Below are positions 6,596-15,143 of a stretch of DNA of 32,000 nucleotides, piece after piece. Both the position numbers and the translations under genes were made by a program. The notes beneath the pieces are model-generated. The model worked only from the letters and a program-made list of their open reading frames with translations, did not search any database and had not been told where the DNA came from. The stretch is from Candidatus Omnitrophota bacterium (GTDB lineage Bacteria; Omnitrophota; Gorgyraeia; Zapsychrales; JANLHA01): positions 2,070,001 to 2,102,000 of the forward strand of contig OY759724.1 in the NCBI GenBank assembly GCA_963662715.1. Reading direction: 5' to 3'. The stretch's first letter is position 1, and each line of letters begins with the position of its first letter.

Positions 6596-8182
6596 ATGAA
6601 TAAAAGCGTGGGATGGCCAGATATCCTTGACTTTATAATTCTTGGTCTTCTCTGTTTATTCGGGGCCGGATATTCTTTATTAAACCGGACATTCGCACAG
6701 CTTCATCTTCAGCTGTCTTTTTTGCCTTTCCCTGTGTTTATCGGTGAAATCCTGTTTGCTGTATGTTTGATTCTGTTGCTCCTGAAAGAGCGCCTTCAGG
6801 GGTATCCTTTCCTGAAAAACAAACCCAGAAGTTTTGCGGCGGGGCTGATATTTTTTTTGCTTTTCATCGGGTTGAAAGCAGGAACAGGATATCTTGCGTA
6901 TGGCCCTTTGGCTTTCCGGAATGCCGCTTTGTTTTATTATATTGTGTTTGTTTGGATTGCCGCTTCCGCTTATAACAGAAGATTTTTTCAGCCGGCTGTT
7001 ATTTTTTCTTTGATTTTTTTCTTCACCACGTCTATCGTCATCCGCCCGCTTAATTGTTATATGTATTTTATGTTCAGTTATATCCTTTTAAGTTTGCTTC
7101 TTATCATTCGTCTGCCGCAAAAAAGAATACGGTGGATGATTGTGTCTGTTTTATTTCTTTTCATCCCTTATCTGTATATCCTCGGCAGTTCCCGGGCTAA
7201 TATTGTGGCGAGTATTGCCGGTATGTGTGTTTTTCTTCTGTTGTATTTGAGCAAAAGTATGGTGAAGGTCCGTTTCCTGAGGATTTTTGTGTCCATCCTT
7301 GTTTTCCTTTTCGCTGCGGCTTTTTTCGTAATGACTTTCAGCCGGACGGAAGAGATTCGCAGTCTTACCCGTATTAAGGGATTCCTGGCGCAGTATCGGG
7401 AAGCGAATCGGCTGATTCAGGAGAAGAAAGATGATTATGTGATGAGGGATGTCCCCGTACAGTTGTATTCACATAATAAAACAATTGATTTCATGACAAG
7501 CGACAGCCGGATCATCGAAACAGACACTGTCAAAATGGTGAATAAAGTTAAACAGAATATGAAACAGCATTCTATAAGCATGTCGGTCCGGCTGGCCGCG
7601 GGGCCTGACGCTCAAGATGATGCACAGATTTTGGATTCGGAAACATACGACAAGTCCCGAAATTTAAAAGACACGGCCGGTTCGCAGGCAGAGGCCGGGA
7701 AGGGCGATACCGCTGCGACAGCAAAAGCCTCTTTGACCAATGAACCCACGAATAATATATTGTGGCGCATTCTTGTTTGGAAAGACATGTTGCAGGAAGT
7801 CTGGGCTGTGAATCCCGTTTGGGGTGTACCTTTCGGGAAACCTTTCCGTTCTTGCAGTATTGAAATCCTGGGCTGGAACAAAATGGAAGTTGACGGCGTG
7901 GGGTGGCTGGAGCCGCATAATTCTTATGTGCATATTATTTACCGTGCGGGGGCGCTTGGGGTTTGCCTGATAGGTCTTATCCTGTTTTTGGTCGTACGCC
8001 TGGCGATATTTTTTGTCCGGAAAGGACGAACAACCGGGATTCTGCTTGTTTCGATCCTGGCATACTGGCTGGTTGTGGCGAATTTCCTGGTGACTTATGA
8101 GCTCCCTTTTTTCGCTATCCCTTTCTGGAGTCTTATGGGCTTGACCGTCGGGTATTATCGGGATATTCAGGCTCATGCATAG
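6596..8182 (+). CDS. O-antigen ligase / Wzy_C-family polytopic membrane protein (paralog 1)
   Basis: 528 aa with many hydrophobic segments and a long hydrophilic loop (about aa 250-395). Wzy_C-type motif LEPHNSYVHIIYRAGALGV near the C-terminus. Confidence 0.75.
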   Translation: MNKSVGWPDILDFIILGLLCLFGAGYSLLNRTFAQLHLQLSFLPFPVFIGEILFAVCLILLLLKERLQGYPFLKNKPRSFAAGLIFFLLFIGLKAGTGYLAYGPLAFRNAALFYYIVFVWIAASAYNRRFFQPAVIFSLIFFFTTSIVIRPLNCYMYFMFSYILLSLLLIIRLPQKRIRWMIVSVLFLFIPYLYILGSSRANIVASIAGMCVFLLLYLSKSMVKVRFLRIFVSILVFLFAAAFFVMTFSRTEEIRSLTRIKGFLAQYREANRLIQEKKDDYVMRDVPVQLYSHNKTIDFMTSDSRIIETDTVKMVNKVKQNMKQHSISMSVRLAAGPDAQDDAQILDSETYDKSRNLKDTAGSQAEAGKGDTAATAKASLTNEPTNNILWRILVWKDMLQEVWAVNPVWGVPFGKPFRSCSIEILGWNKMEVDGVGWLEPHNSYVHIIYRAGALGVCLIGLILFLVVRLAIFFVRKGRTTGILLVSILAYWLVVANFLVTYELPFFAIPFWSLMGLTVGYYRDIQAHA

Positions 8183-8300
8183 TTCTTGAAACTCTGAATC
8201 CAGCCGGAATTTCTGTCGGCCGGCGGCGGATCTGAATTTTTCCGGAATCCCGAAGGCGGGTTTGCTGATGGCAGCACGAAAGACATCCGGTGTTTCATGC

Positions 8301-8328
8301 TTGTAAAATTTTAAGAATAATGTAATAT
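8301..8328 (+). promoter_or_regulatory. sigma70-like promoter candidate: TTGTAA-N16-TAATAT
   Basis: -35 at 8301-8306 and -10 at 8323-8328, in a 177-nt intergenic gap about 30 nt upstream of the AAGGAG RBS of the gene at 8360. Confidence 0.4.
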
Positions 8329-8359
8329 ACTTACTTAAATTGTTTTTACGAAGGAGAAA

Positions 8360-9400
8360 ATGTCCGTGAAGAAGGCTTTAATAACCGGGGTGACAGGACA
8401 GGACGGGAGTTATCTGGCTGAACTTTTGCTCGACCAGGGCTATGAGGTCTATGGCCTCGTGCGACAAGAAGCTTTGGAAGATCCTAATCACAGGATGGAG
8501 AGATTTTTACATATCAGGGACAAGCTGAAATTGTCCGCCGCGTCTTTGGAAAGTTTTCCCAGCATTTTTAAGATCATTCAGGACGTCAAACCGGATGAGA
8601 TTTATCATTTGGCCGCGCAGAGTTTCGTTTCTTATAGTTTTGATGACAAATTTTCCCCGCTGTTGACCAATATCAGCGGAACACATTATGCGCTTTCTTC
8701 CTGCAAATCCATGCCCGTTCCGGCCAAGTTTTATTTCGCCGGTTCGAGTGAAATGTTCGGGAAAGTGGATGCAGAACCCCAAAATGAATCAACGCCTTTT
8801 CATCCCCGGTCTCCTTACGGAATTTCCAAGGTGGCGGGTTTCCATTTGACCCGCAACTACCGTGAGTCTTACGAAATGTTTGCGTGTAACGGCATCTTAT
8901 TCAATCATGAGTCTCCGCGCAGAGGATTTGAATTTGTCACCCGTAAAATCACATCCGGCGTGGCTAAAATTAAGTTCGGGCTGGCAGACAGGATCAGTTT
9001 AGGCAACCTGAACGCAAAACGCGACTGGGGATTTGCCGGGGATTATGTTAAAGCCATGTGGCTCATGTTGCAGCAGGAGAAGCCGGATGATTATGTTATT
9101 GCTACCGGTCATGCGCATACGGTGCGCGAATTTGTTGAGCTTTCGTTCAAGACGGTTGATATGGAGATCCTTTGGGAAGGGAAGGGCATACACGAAAAAG
9201 GCATTGATGAGAAAAGCGGACGCGTTTTAGTTGATGTGAACAAAGAATTCTTCCGGCCCGACCAAGTCCATGTCCTGAGAGGGGATTATACAAAAGCAAA
9301 AAGAATTTTAAACTGGGAACCAACCATTCAGTTCCATGATCTTGTCCCGATGATGGTCGAGGCGGATTGCCGTTTGTTCTCCCAGGACAAGATGCGATAA
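8360..9400 (+). CDS. GDP-mannose 4,6-dehydratase family, divergent paralog
   Basis: N-terminal ALITGVTGQDGSYLAELLL, catalytic SSEMFG and SPYGISK (Y-x3-K), and GMD-specific [17 protein letters not shown] and [20 protein letters not shown]. The region after the first beta-alpha-beta unit differs strongly from the canonical copy at 25315. Confidence 0.85.
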   Translation: MSVKKALITGVTGQDGSYLAELLLDQGYEVYGLVRQEALEDPNHRMERFLHIRDKLKLSAASLESFPSIFKIIQDVKPDEIYHLAAQSFVSYSFDDKFSPLLTNISGTHYALSSCKSMPVPAKFYFAGSSEMFGKVDAEPQNESTPFHPRSPYGISKVAGFHLTRNYRESYEMFACNGILFNHESPRRGFEFVTRKITSGVAKIKFGLADRISLGNLNAKRDWGFAGDYVKAMWLMLQQEKPDDYVIATGHAHTVREFVELSFKTVDMEILWEGKGIHEKGIDEKSGRVLVDVNKEFFRPDQVHVLRGDYTKAKRILNWEPTIQFHDLVPMMVEADCRLFSQDKMR

Positions 9401-9647
9401 AGGTGCGCAAATCATAACATTCGTCCTTAGAGTTGTTGGGTGACACGGCCGTAGCTACTGTTCTGTCAGCCCCGCCGCTGTGTTTAATGTGATTTTTTTG
9501 CTTCTAAGATACCCCTGCCGCTGGCCGTGGTTTTCCCGGGCAGACCGGGGTGAAAACATTAAACTCGTATCCACGAAGGAATGAAGCCTCATCCGTTGAC
9601 CCCGTAGGTTGCCATGGGGAAGGCAGAAGGGTTTATTTATTTTCTCC

Positions 9648-12062
9648 ATGCAGAATAATACATGTCAAAAAAAGACGCGAAAGCAGAAAGGGCTGGCCGT
9701 TTTCTGTTTGGCTCTGGCGCTGTTCGTTTTGTTCGCTCCCGTGTTGACCGGGAAAAAAATTTTATTCCCATCCGACCTGCTGCACACGATGATCTCCCCT
9801 TATGCTGAGGGACGGTCTGTTCATGTTTACAATCATTTTTTGAATGACATTGTCGTTCAGTATTTCCCGTACAAAAAATTAACTCAAACAGCCCTGCTGC
9901 AAGGGCGATGGGCTTACTGGAATCCTCTCATCCTCGGCGGGTATCCGCAATATGCTTTAACGATGGCGGGAAATTTTGACGTGACGAACCTTCTGCTGGT
10001 TTTTATCCCTGACCCGCTTCAGGCCTATTTCGTTCAGATTCTTGCTCTGCTGTTCATCGCCGGCATCTCCATGTTCGCCTTGCTTCAATATTACCAGCTG
10101 CCTGTAAATGCCAGCCTGCTTGGTGCCGTCTGTTACATGCTGAACAGCATGTTTATTTGCACGATCTTTTTCCCCTGGATTATGGGGGCGTTCTGCTGGA
10201 TGCCGGCGGCGGTTTTATTCCTGGATAAAAGCCTGAGGGATAGGTTATTGCGGGACCAGGCGCTTTGCGCTTTATTGACAGGCTGTGCCATGATGGCCGC
10301 TTCTGTTCAGACGATGAGTTTTATTTTTTTCCTGACGTTTGTGTTTTCTGTTATGTACGGGTATGTCTTCGCCCGGACTTTCAGAGATGTCGCAACACTG
10401 GCTAAGATTTATTTGACGATACATGTCTGGGCCATAGGCCTGACAGCGGTCATGTTGTTGCCTACATTAGAACTTTTCTATTTTGACGCTATCCAAGGCG
10501 GACAATGGGGCAACGTAGGGCAGGGGGCCATCCCCTTTGTCAAGAGGCTGTGGGGAGTCGCCGGCGTGATTTCCTTTGCTTTCCCGCAATTGGCCGGGAG
10601 TGTCAGGGCCTTTGATCTAACAAAATTAGCATCCTCAACGATGATGTTTTATAACGGTTTTATCGGCTTTCTTCCGCTGCTTTTCGGATTGTTAAGTGTC
10701 CGGAATATCAAGAAAGACAAAAGAATCATCATTTATATGACCATCACGTTGTTCGGCTTGCTTGTGCCGCTTGCTTCGCCGTTCTTAAAATATGTTTATC
10801 ACCGTTTTTTTATTATTTATATTTTCGGCATGTCTGTCCTCTCAGCCTTTGGGCTGACATATTATTTGCAATGGCAGGATAAGGATAAGATGGCTTCTTT
10901 TTTAAGAAAGGTCACAGCCCTTTTTGTGCTGGTGGTGCTTGTTCTGCTGGCCGGTCATGTGTTCATTCAGCTTTTTTATGATGACGTTCTTAAGCACGGC
11001 CGGAAATTTGTCGAGGCTCATCTGCACATGGCTAACTTGCTTGCCGGCAATCGGGGCTGGTATTTGGGGCGCGTGGAGAAACTCTTGCAGCATTTCAACT
11101 TTTTTGCTCCGGCCATTTTCATCCCTGTCGCCACCATGGCCTTGGGCCTGGGAGCGCTTTGGGCCCACAGGGCCAACCGGCTGAAATCATCATTCACAGG
11201 CCTCATTTTATTTATCACAGTTTTTCAGCTTTTGTTCTTTGCCTGGAGCTGGCTGCCCATGGTCAGCCCTCAGGAATACCCTTTATATCCTGAGACGCAG
11301 TCGGTTAATTTTTTAAAAAAAGATCAAGATTTATACCGGGTTTTGATTTATAACAATAATACGAATAGGAAGCCTGTTTATTCTCCGAATATTCTTTCTG
11401 TCTACGGCATCGAAACGATCAACGGTTATGAAAGCGTTGAGCCTAAAACGATAAGATATTTGATTCAGGGTATGGACCCTGCGGTTTTAGGCTTGTGCAA
11501 CGTCAAATATATTATCACGCATGATGATCCTCCTTTACGGAGTCCTCATTTGCATTTAACATGGGAGGGGGAAGGCCTGCATATATATGAGAATGAACTG
11601 TTCGTCCCGCGGGCTTTTTTCCGGTGTCAGCATGAAGTCAGATCCGAGACAGATATCCTTCAGGGCATTCGGACAGGCCGGTTGGATACCAGCCGGAAAG
11701 TCTTTTTCAGTGAAGGGTTGGGCGGGCAGGCCGGGGGGCAGCAAGGGGAGAATTTGCGAAAGCCTTTGATAAAATTAAGGCAATATTCCCCGGAAGAAGT
11801 TTTATATGAGGTCGAGACACAGGTGCCGGGCTATTTCGTGCTCAGTCAATCCTGGTATCCGGGGTGGACCTGTTATCTCGACGGCCGGCAGGAAGAAGTC
11901 AGAAAAGCGAATTATTGTATGCTGGCTGTCCGCGTCCCGGCCGGGAAACATAAAGTCCGGTTTGTATTCCGTCCGCGTATTTTTTATATAGGCCTTGCTG
12001 TAAGCTCGATATTTTTTCTGTTGATTCTTATTTCATTAAGGAAGAAAAGACATGCCTCTTAA
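9648..12062 (+). CDS. YfhO-family membrane protein (GT-C-type glycosyltransferase candidate)
   Basis: About 800 aa with a large polytopic N-terminal region. The C-terminal soluble domain ends WYPGWTCYLDGRQEEVRKANYCMLAVRVPAGKHKVRFVFRP plus a final TM helix, which is typical of YfhO. I chose the ATG at 9648 over the listed TTG at 9609. Confidence 0.75.
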   Translation: MQNNTCQKKTRKQKGLAVFCLALALFVLFAPVLTGKKILFPSDLLHTMISPYAEGRSVHVYNHFLNDIVVQYFPYKKLTQTALLQGRWAYWNPLILGGYPQYALTMAGNFDVTNLLLVFIPDPLQAYFVQILALLFIAGISMFALLQYYQLPVNASLLGAVCYMLNSMFICTIFFPWIMGAFCWMPAAVLFLDKSLRDRLLRDQALCALLTGCAMMAASVQTMSFIFFLTFVFSVMYGYVFARTFRDVATLAKIYLTIHVWAIGLTAVMLLPTLELFYFDAIQGGQWGNVGQGAIPFVKRLWGVAGVISFAFPQLAGSVRAFDLTKLASSTMMFYNGFIGFLPLLFGLLSVRNIKKDKRIIIYMTITLFGLLVPLASPFLKYVYHRFFIIYIFGMSVLSAFGLTYYLQWQDKDKMASFLRKVTALFVLVVLVLLAGHVFIQLFYDDVLKHGRKFVEAHLHMANLLAGNRGWYLGRVEKLLQHFNFFAPAIFIPVATMALGLGALWAHRANRLKSSFTGLILFITVFQLLFFAWSWLPMVSPQEYPLYPETQSVNFLKKDQDLYRVLIYNNNTNRKPVYSPNILSVYGIETINGYESVEPKTIRYLIQGMDPAVLGLCNVKYIITHDDPPLRSPHLHLTWEGEGLHIYENELFVPRAFFRCQHEVRSETDILQGIRTGRLDTSRKVFFSEGLGGQAGGQQGENLRKPLIKLRQYSPEEVLYEVETQVPGYFVLSQSWYPGWTCYLDGRQEEVRKANYCMLAVRVPAGKHKVRFVFRPRIFYIGLAVSSIFFLLILISLRKKRHAS

Positions 12063-13983
12063 AGAATTGCCATTCGTCAGTATTCTGATGGCCACCAAAG
12101 ATGAAAATCCGCAGTATTTGAAAGAAGCGGTCGATAGCATCTGCCGACAAAGCTATACAAACTGGGAGTTTCTTATCTTGGATGACGGGTCTTCGACCCA
12201 GGATAATTATGATTGGCTTGTGCACAGATCGGAAGAAGACAAGAGAATTCATGTTTTCCGTGGCCCGGGCGTGGGGCTGGCCCGGGCGCTTAATTTTCTT
12301 ATTCCCAAGGCGCAGGGAGAGTTTTTTGCCAGGATGGACAGTGACGACAGGGCTTATCCCGAAAGGATTATGAAGGAAGTTGAATATTTGATGCGGTATC
12401 CCAACACGGTCTTGGTGGGATCCTGGATCAGAATCATTGACGGGACCGGAGAACCGATTCATCAGTCATGCCCTGCCGATTATTTCAGGCCTCCCTGGTC
12501 CAGGGCCGCGCATTCCGGCTGGTGCGGCCGGTTGGATGCTTTGAAGGCTATCGGCGGATATTCTCCGGATTTCCCGGTGAGCCAGGATTATGACTGCTGG
12601 CTCCGTTTGCAGCGGCAGGGACGGGTGGGGGTGGTTGAGGAAATCCTTTTGGATTATCGGTGGGGCCGGATTAGCTCCGAACGCTCGGTTGAGCAGTTAC
12701 AGTATTTCTGGATTGCGAATCAGATACACCGGGATAACTCAGGGATTCCCAAGGTCAGTGTCTCTTCGGTTAAGGCCAGGTTAAAGAAATATGATTTTTG
12801 GTACGGCAGGATGTTTCAATCCCAGTCTATCAGCCAGCAGGCTATGCGGCTTTGGCAACAAGGGGATTACCGCCAGTCTTTCAAGGAATTCCTGGCGTCT
12901 TTGAGAGTATTCCCTTTCAGCCTCCGGACATGGCTTTGTTCATTCCTCGTTTTGATATTTCATAAATATCCTGCCCATATGACGCAATTTTTAAAATTGC
13001 GGGTGCTTTTGCCTCGCATACTGTATTTGAATCCCAAGCCGCCGTCTGCGGCTGTCTGTCTGCATTTTTCTGAGAATGGGGGCCGGGGTGGTTATCGTCT
13101 GGCTCTCGTTATTCCTACGGCCGACCGCCGGCAGGTGCTTCATCGATTTTTAAAAAGCGTTGAACCGCAAAAAAACTGCGTCTCCCAGATTATTATTGTT
13201 GACGGGGGCAGGAAACCGGTGGAGGACCTTGTCCGGGAATTTTCCCAGTTGCCCATTGATTATGTCCGGGCCCCTTACCCGTGTCTGACCAGGCAGAAAA
13301 ATCAGGGGATTGAGCATCTCCGTCCGGACATCGATCTTGTATGTTTTTTTGATGATGATATTATCCTGGAAGAAAATGCCTTGGATAACATGATCCGTTT
13401 CTGGAAGAGCAGCGGGCAGGAGGTCGGCGGCGCGGCGTTTAACATTATCAATGTGGTCAAAAGGAAAACCTCTTTCATGAAGCGGATTTTTTTGACAGGA
13501 AGTGAAGCCAAGGGCCGGATTATGCGTTCCGGTTACGGGGCGATGCTTTCCCCCGTGGATGACAGTATCTTTACAGACTGGATTTTCGGCGGAGCCACTG
13601 TCTGGCGGCGGGATATTTTTTCGACATATAAATTCGACGAGTGGTTTGAAGGCTACGGTTATGGGGAGGACCTGGATTTCAGTTACAACGTGGGTAAAAA
13701 ATATAAACTAGCGGTCATCTCCGAAGCCCGTGTGCAGCATATCAAAGACAATACAGAAGGTATTGATTATGTCCTTTTTGGGAAAATGCAGGTTGTTAAC
13801 CGGTATTATATTGTCAGAAAGTTTAAGGAATTTTCCACGCTGCTGTTTTTGTGGTCGTCCAGCGGACAGATGTTGGAAAATTTATATATGTTTCTGTTCA
13901 GAAGAAACAAAACCTACTTCTCCAGGCTTTTAGGCAATCTGTCCGGATTATGGCATATTATCGTTCAGCCTCCCCGCGTATGA
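12052..13983 (+). CDS. two-domain glycosyltransferase family 2 (tandem GT-A domains)
   Basis: Domain 1: VSILMATKDE, ILDDGSS, RMDSDD. After a hydrophobic linker, domain 2: LALVIPTADR, IIIVDGG, FFDDDI. The start overlaps the yfhO-like stop by 11 nt. Confidence 0.8.
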   Translation: MPLKELPFVSILMATKDENPQYLKEAVDSICRQSYTNWEFLILDDGSSTQDNYDWLVHRSEEDKRIHVFRGPGVGLARALNFLIPKAQGEFFARMDSDDRAYPERIMKEVEYLMRYPNTVLVGSWIRIIDGTGEPIHQSCPADYFRPPWSRAAHSGWCGRLDALKAIGGYSPDFPVSQDYDCWLRLQRQGRVGVVEEILLDYRWGRISSERSVEQLQYFWIANQIHRDNSGIPKVSVSSVKARLKKYDFWYGRMFQSQSISQQAMRLWQQGDYRQSFKEFLASLRVFPFSLRTWLCSFLVLIFHKYPAHMTQFLKLRVLLPRILYLNPKPPSAAVCLHFSENGGRGGYRLALVIPTADRRQVLHRFLKSVEPQKNCVSQIIIVDGGRKPVEDLVREFSQLPIDYVRAPYPCLTRQKNQGIEHLRPDIDLVCFFDDDIILEENALDNMIRFWKSSGQEVGGAAFNIINVVKRKTSFMKRIFLTGSEAKGRIMRSGYGAMLSPVDDSIFTDWIFGGATVWRRDIFSTYKFDEWFEGYGYGEDLDFSYNVGKKYKLAVISEARVQHIKDNTEGIDYVLFGKMQVVNRYYIVRKFKEFSTLLFLWSSSGQMLENLYMFLFRRNKTYFSRLLGNLSGLWHIIVQPPRV

Positions 13984-14009
13984 ACACCGGGCTATTTATG
14001 AGATGATGT

Positions 14010-15134
14010 ATGAGTCGAGTTATCCTGTGTTTGCTACATCTTCCTCCACCGCACATCGGGCCGTCAGTCATCAATGAATCGGTCATCCAGAGCCTTTCTT
14101 TGAACCCGGAATTCGAATGTGATGTTTTCCCGATCAATACGTCGAATCATATACAGCAGATCAACCGGTTTTCATTAAAGAAAGTTTCTGTCCTTTTCAC
14201 AATGAGCTTTAAGCTGATCAGGAGGTTGCTGAACAGAAAGTATCATTTGGTTTATATGTCCCTGACGCCTACGGGAATCGGATTCTTAAAAGATTTTATC
14301 CTGGTGATGATCTTGAAAATGCGGGGTGTTTGCCGGCTTTACCATCTGCATGGCAAAGGGGTTCATGAGAAACAGAACGTATTCATGACATGGCTTTACC
14401 GCCTGTGTTTTAAAGGAAGTCATGTCATTCTGCTGTCGGAAAGCCTTTATCCGGATATCAAGTGTTATGTTCCTCGTGAGCAGGTTTCGGTCATCCCTAA
14501 CGGCGTCCCCGAGGATATTGATGCGAAAGCCTGGGAGAAAATAAGAGAGCGGCGGAGACAGCCTCATGTCTTTCATGTCCTTTTTTTAGCGAACCTGGTG
14601 AGAAGCAAGGGGATCTTCACGGCGTTGGAAGCGGTGCGTCAACTGCAGCAGAAGGAGCTGAAGTTCCAATTTTCTGTTGTCGGTGCGGATTTTGATGTCA
14701 CACAGGCCGAACTGGTCGAATGGGTGGAGCAAAATGACCTGCAGGAAACGGTTTTTGTTTTAGGATACAGAAGCGGGGCGCAAAAACGGGAGATATTTGA
14801 AAGAGCGGATATTTTTATTTATCCGACACAAAAGGATACTTTTCCTCTGGTCCTTTTGGAAGCTATGCAGTACGGTTTGCCGGTCGTTTCGACTTTTGAG
14901 GGGGCTATCCCTGATATTGTTGACGCCAATCAGACCGGGTTCTTGGTCGCTCCCGGATCAGCAACGGATCTGGCGGAGAAGATTGAATTTTTAATGAAGG
15001 ATACGGAATGGCGGAGCAACATGGGGGAACAGGCACGCGCCAAATTCGTCCGGGAGTATACATTTTTTATCTTTGAACATCGGCTGAGCGCTGTTTTTAA
15101 AAAGGTGTCTGATGATCGTGCAGCGCTATCTTAA
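14010..15134 (+). CDS. glycosyltransferase family 4
   Basis: 374 aa with FLANLVRSKG, DTFPLVLLEAMQYGLPVVST and QTGFLV motifs. Confidence 0.85.
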   Translation: MSRVILCLLHLPPPHIGPSVINESVIQSLSLNPEFECDVFPINTSNHIQQINRFSLKKVSVLFTMSFKLIRRLLNRKYHLVYMSLTPTGIGFLKDFILVMILKMRGVCRLYHLHGKGVHEKQNVFMTWLYRLCFKGSHVILLSESLYPDIKCYVPREQVSVIPNGVPEDIDAKAWEKIRERRRQPHVFHVLFLANLVRSKGIFTALEAVRQLQQKELKFQFSVVGADFDVTQAELVEWVEQNDLQETVFVLGYRSGAQKREIFERADIFIYPTQKDTFPLVLLEAMQYGLPVVSTFEGAIPDIVDANQTGFLVAPGSATDLAEKIEFLMKDTEWRSNMGEQARAKFVREYTFFIFEHRLSAVFKKVSDDRAALS

Positions 15135-15143
15135 GGAGATCTC

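Noticed and set aside
9447-9455. GGCCGTAGC, which resembles the ops/JUMPstart core (GGCGGTAG) found upstream of polysaccharide operons.
   Set aside because: It has one mismatch in the 8-nt core, and the downstream TG of the extended ops consensus is not in register. No RfaH-type context can be assessed, so this is too weak to call.
9461-9500. A possible intrinsic terminator after the divergent gmd: a CAGC...GCTG stem followed by a T7 run.
   Set aside because: The stem is only 4 bp, and the T-run starts about 13 nt after it. This does not meet the usual hairpin-plus-U-tract geometry.
9401-9647. A c-di-GMP (GEMM) or other known riboswitch upstream of the EPS-type gene.
   Set aside because: I could not find the conserved GEMM-I segments (ACGCACAGGGCAAACC / GACGCAAAGCC-like) or any other riboswitch core I know. 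The alternative-stem observation is kept as a low-confidence finding only.
12028-12462. A 144-aa minus-strand ORF across the yfhO / GT2 junction.
   Set aside because: It is antisense to the well-supported N-terminal GT2 domain (VSILMATKDE...DDGSS) and has no motif of its own.
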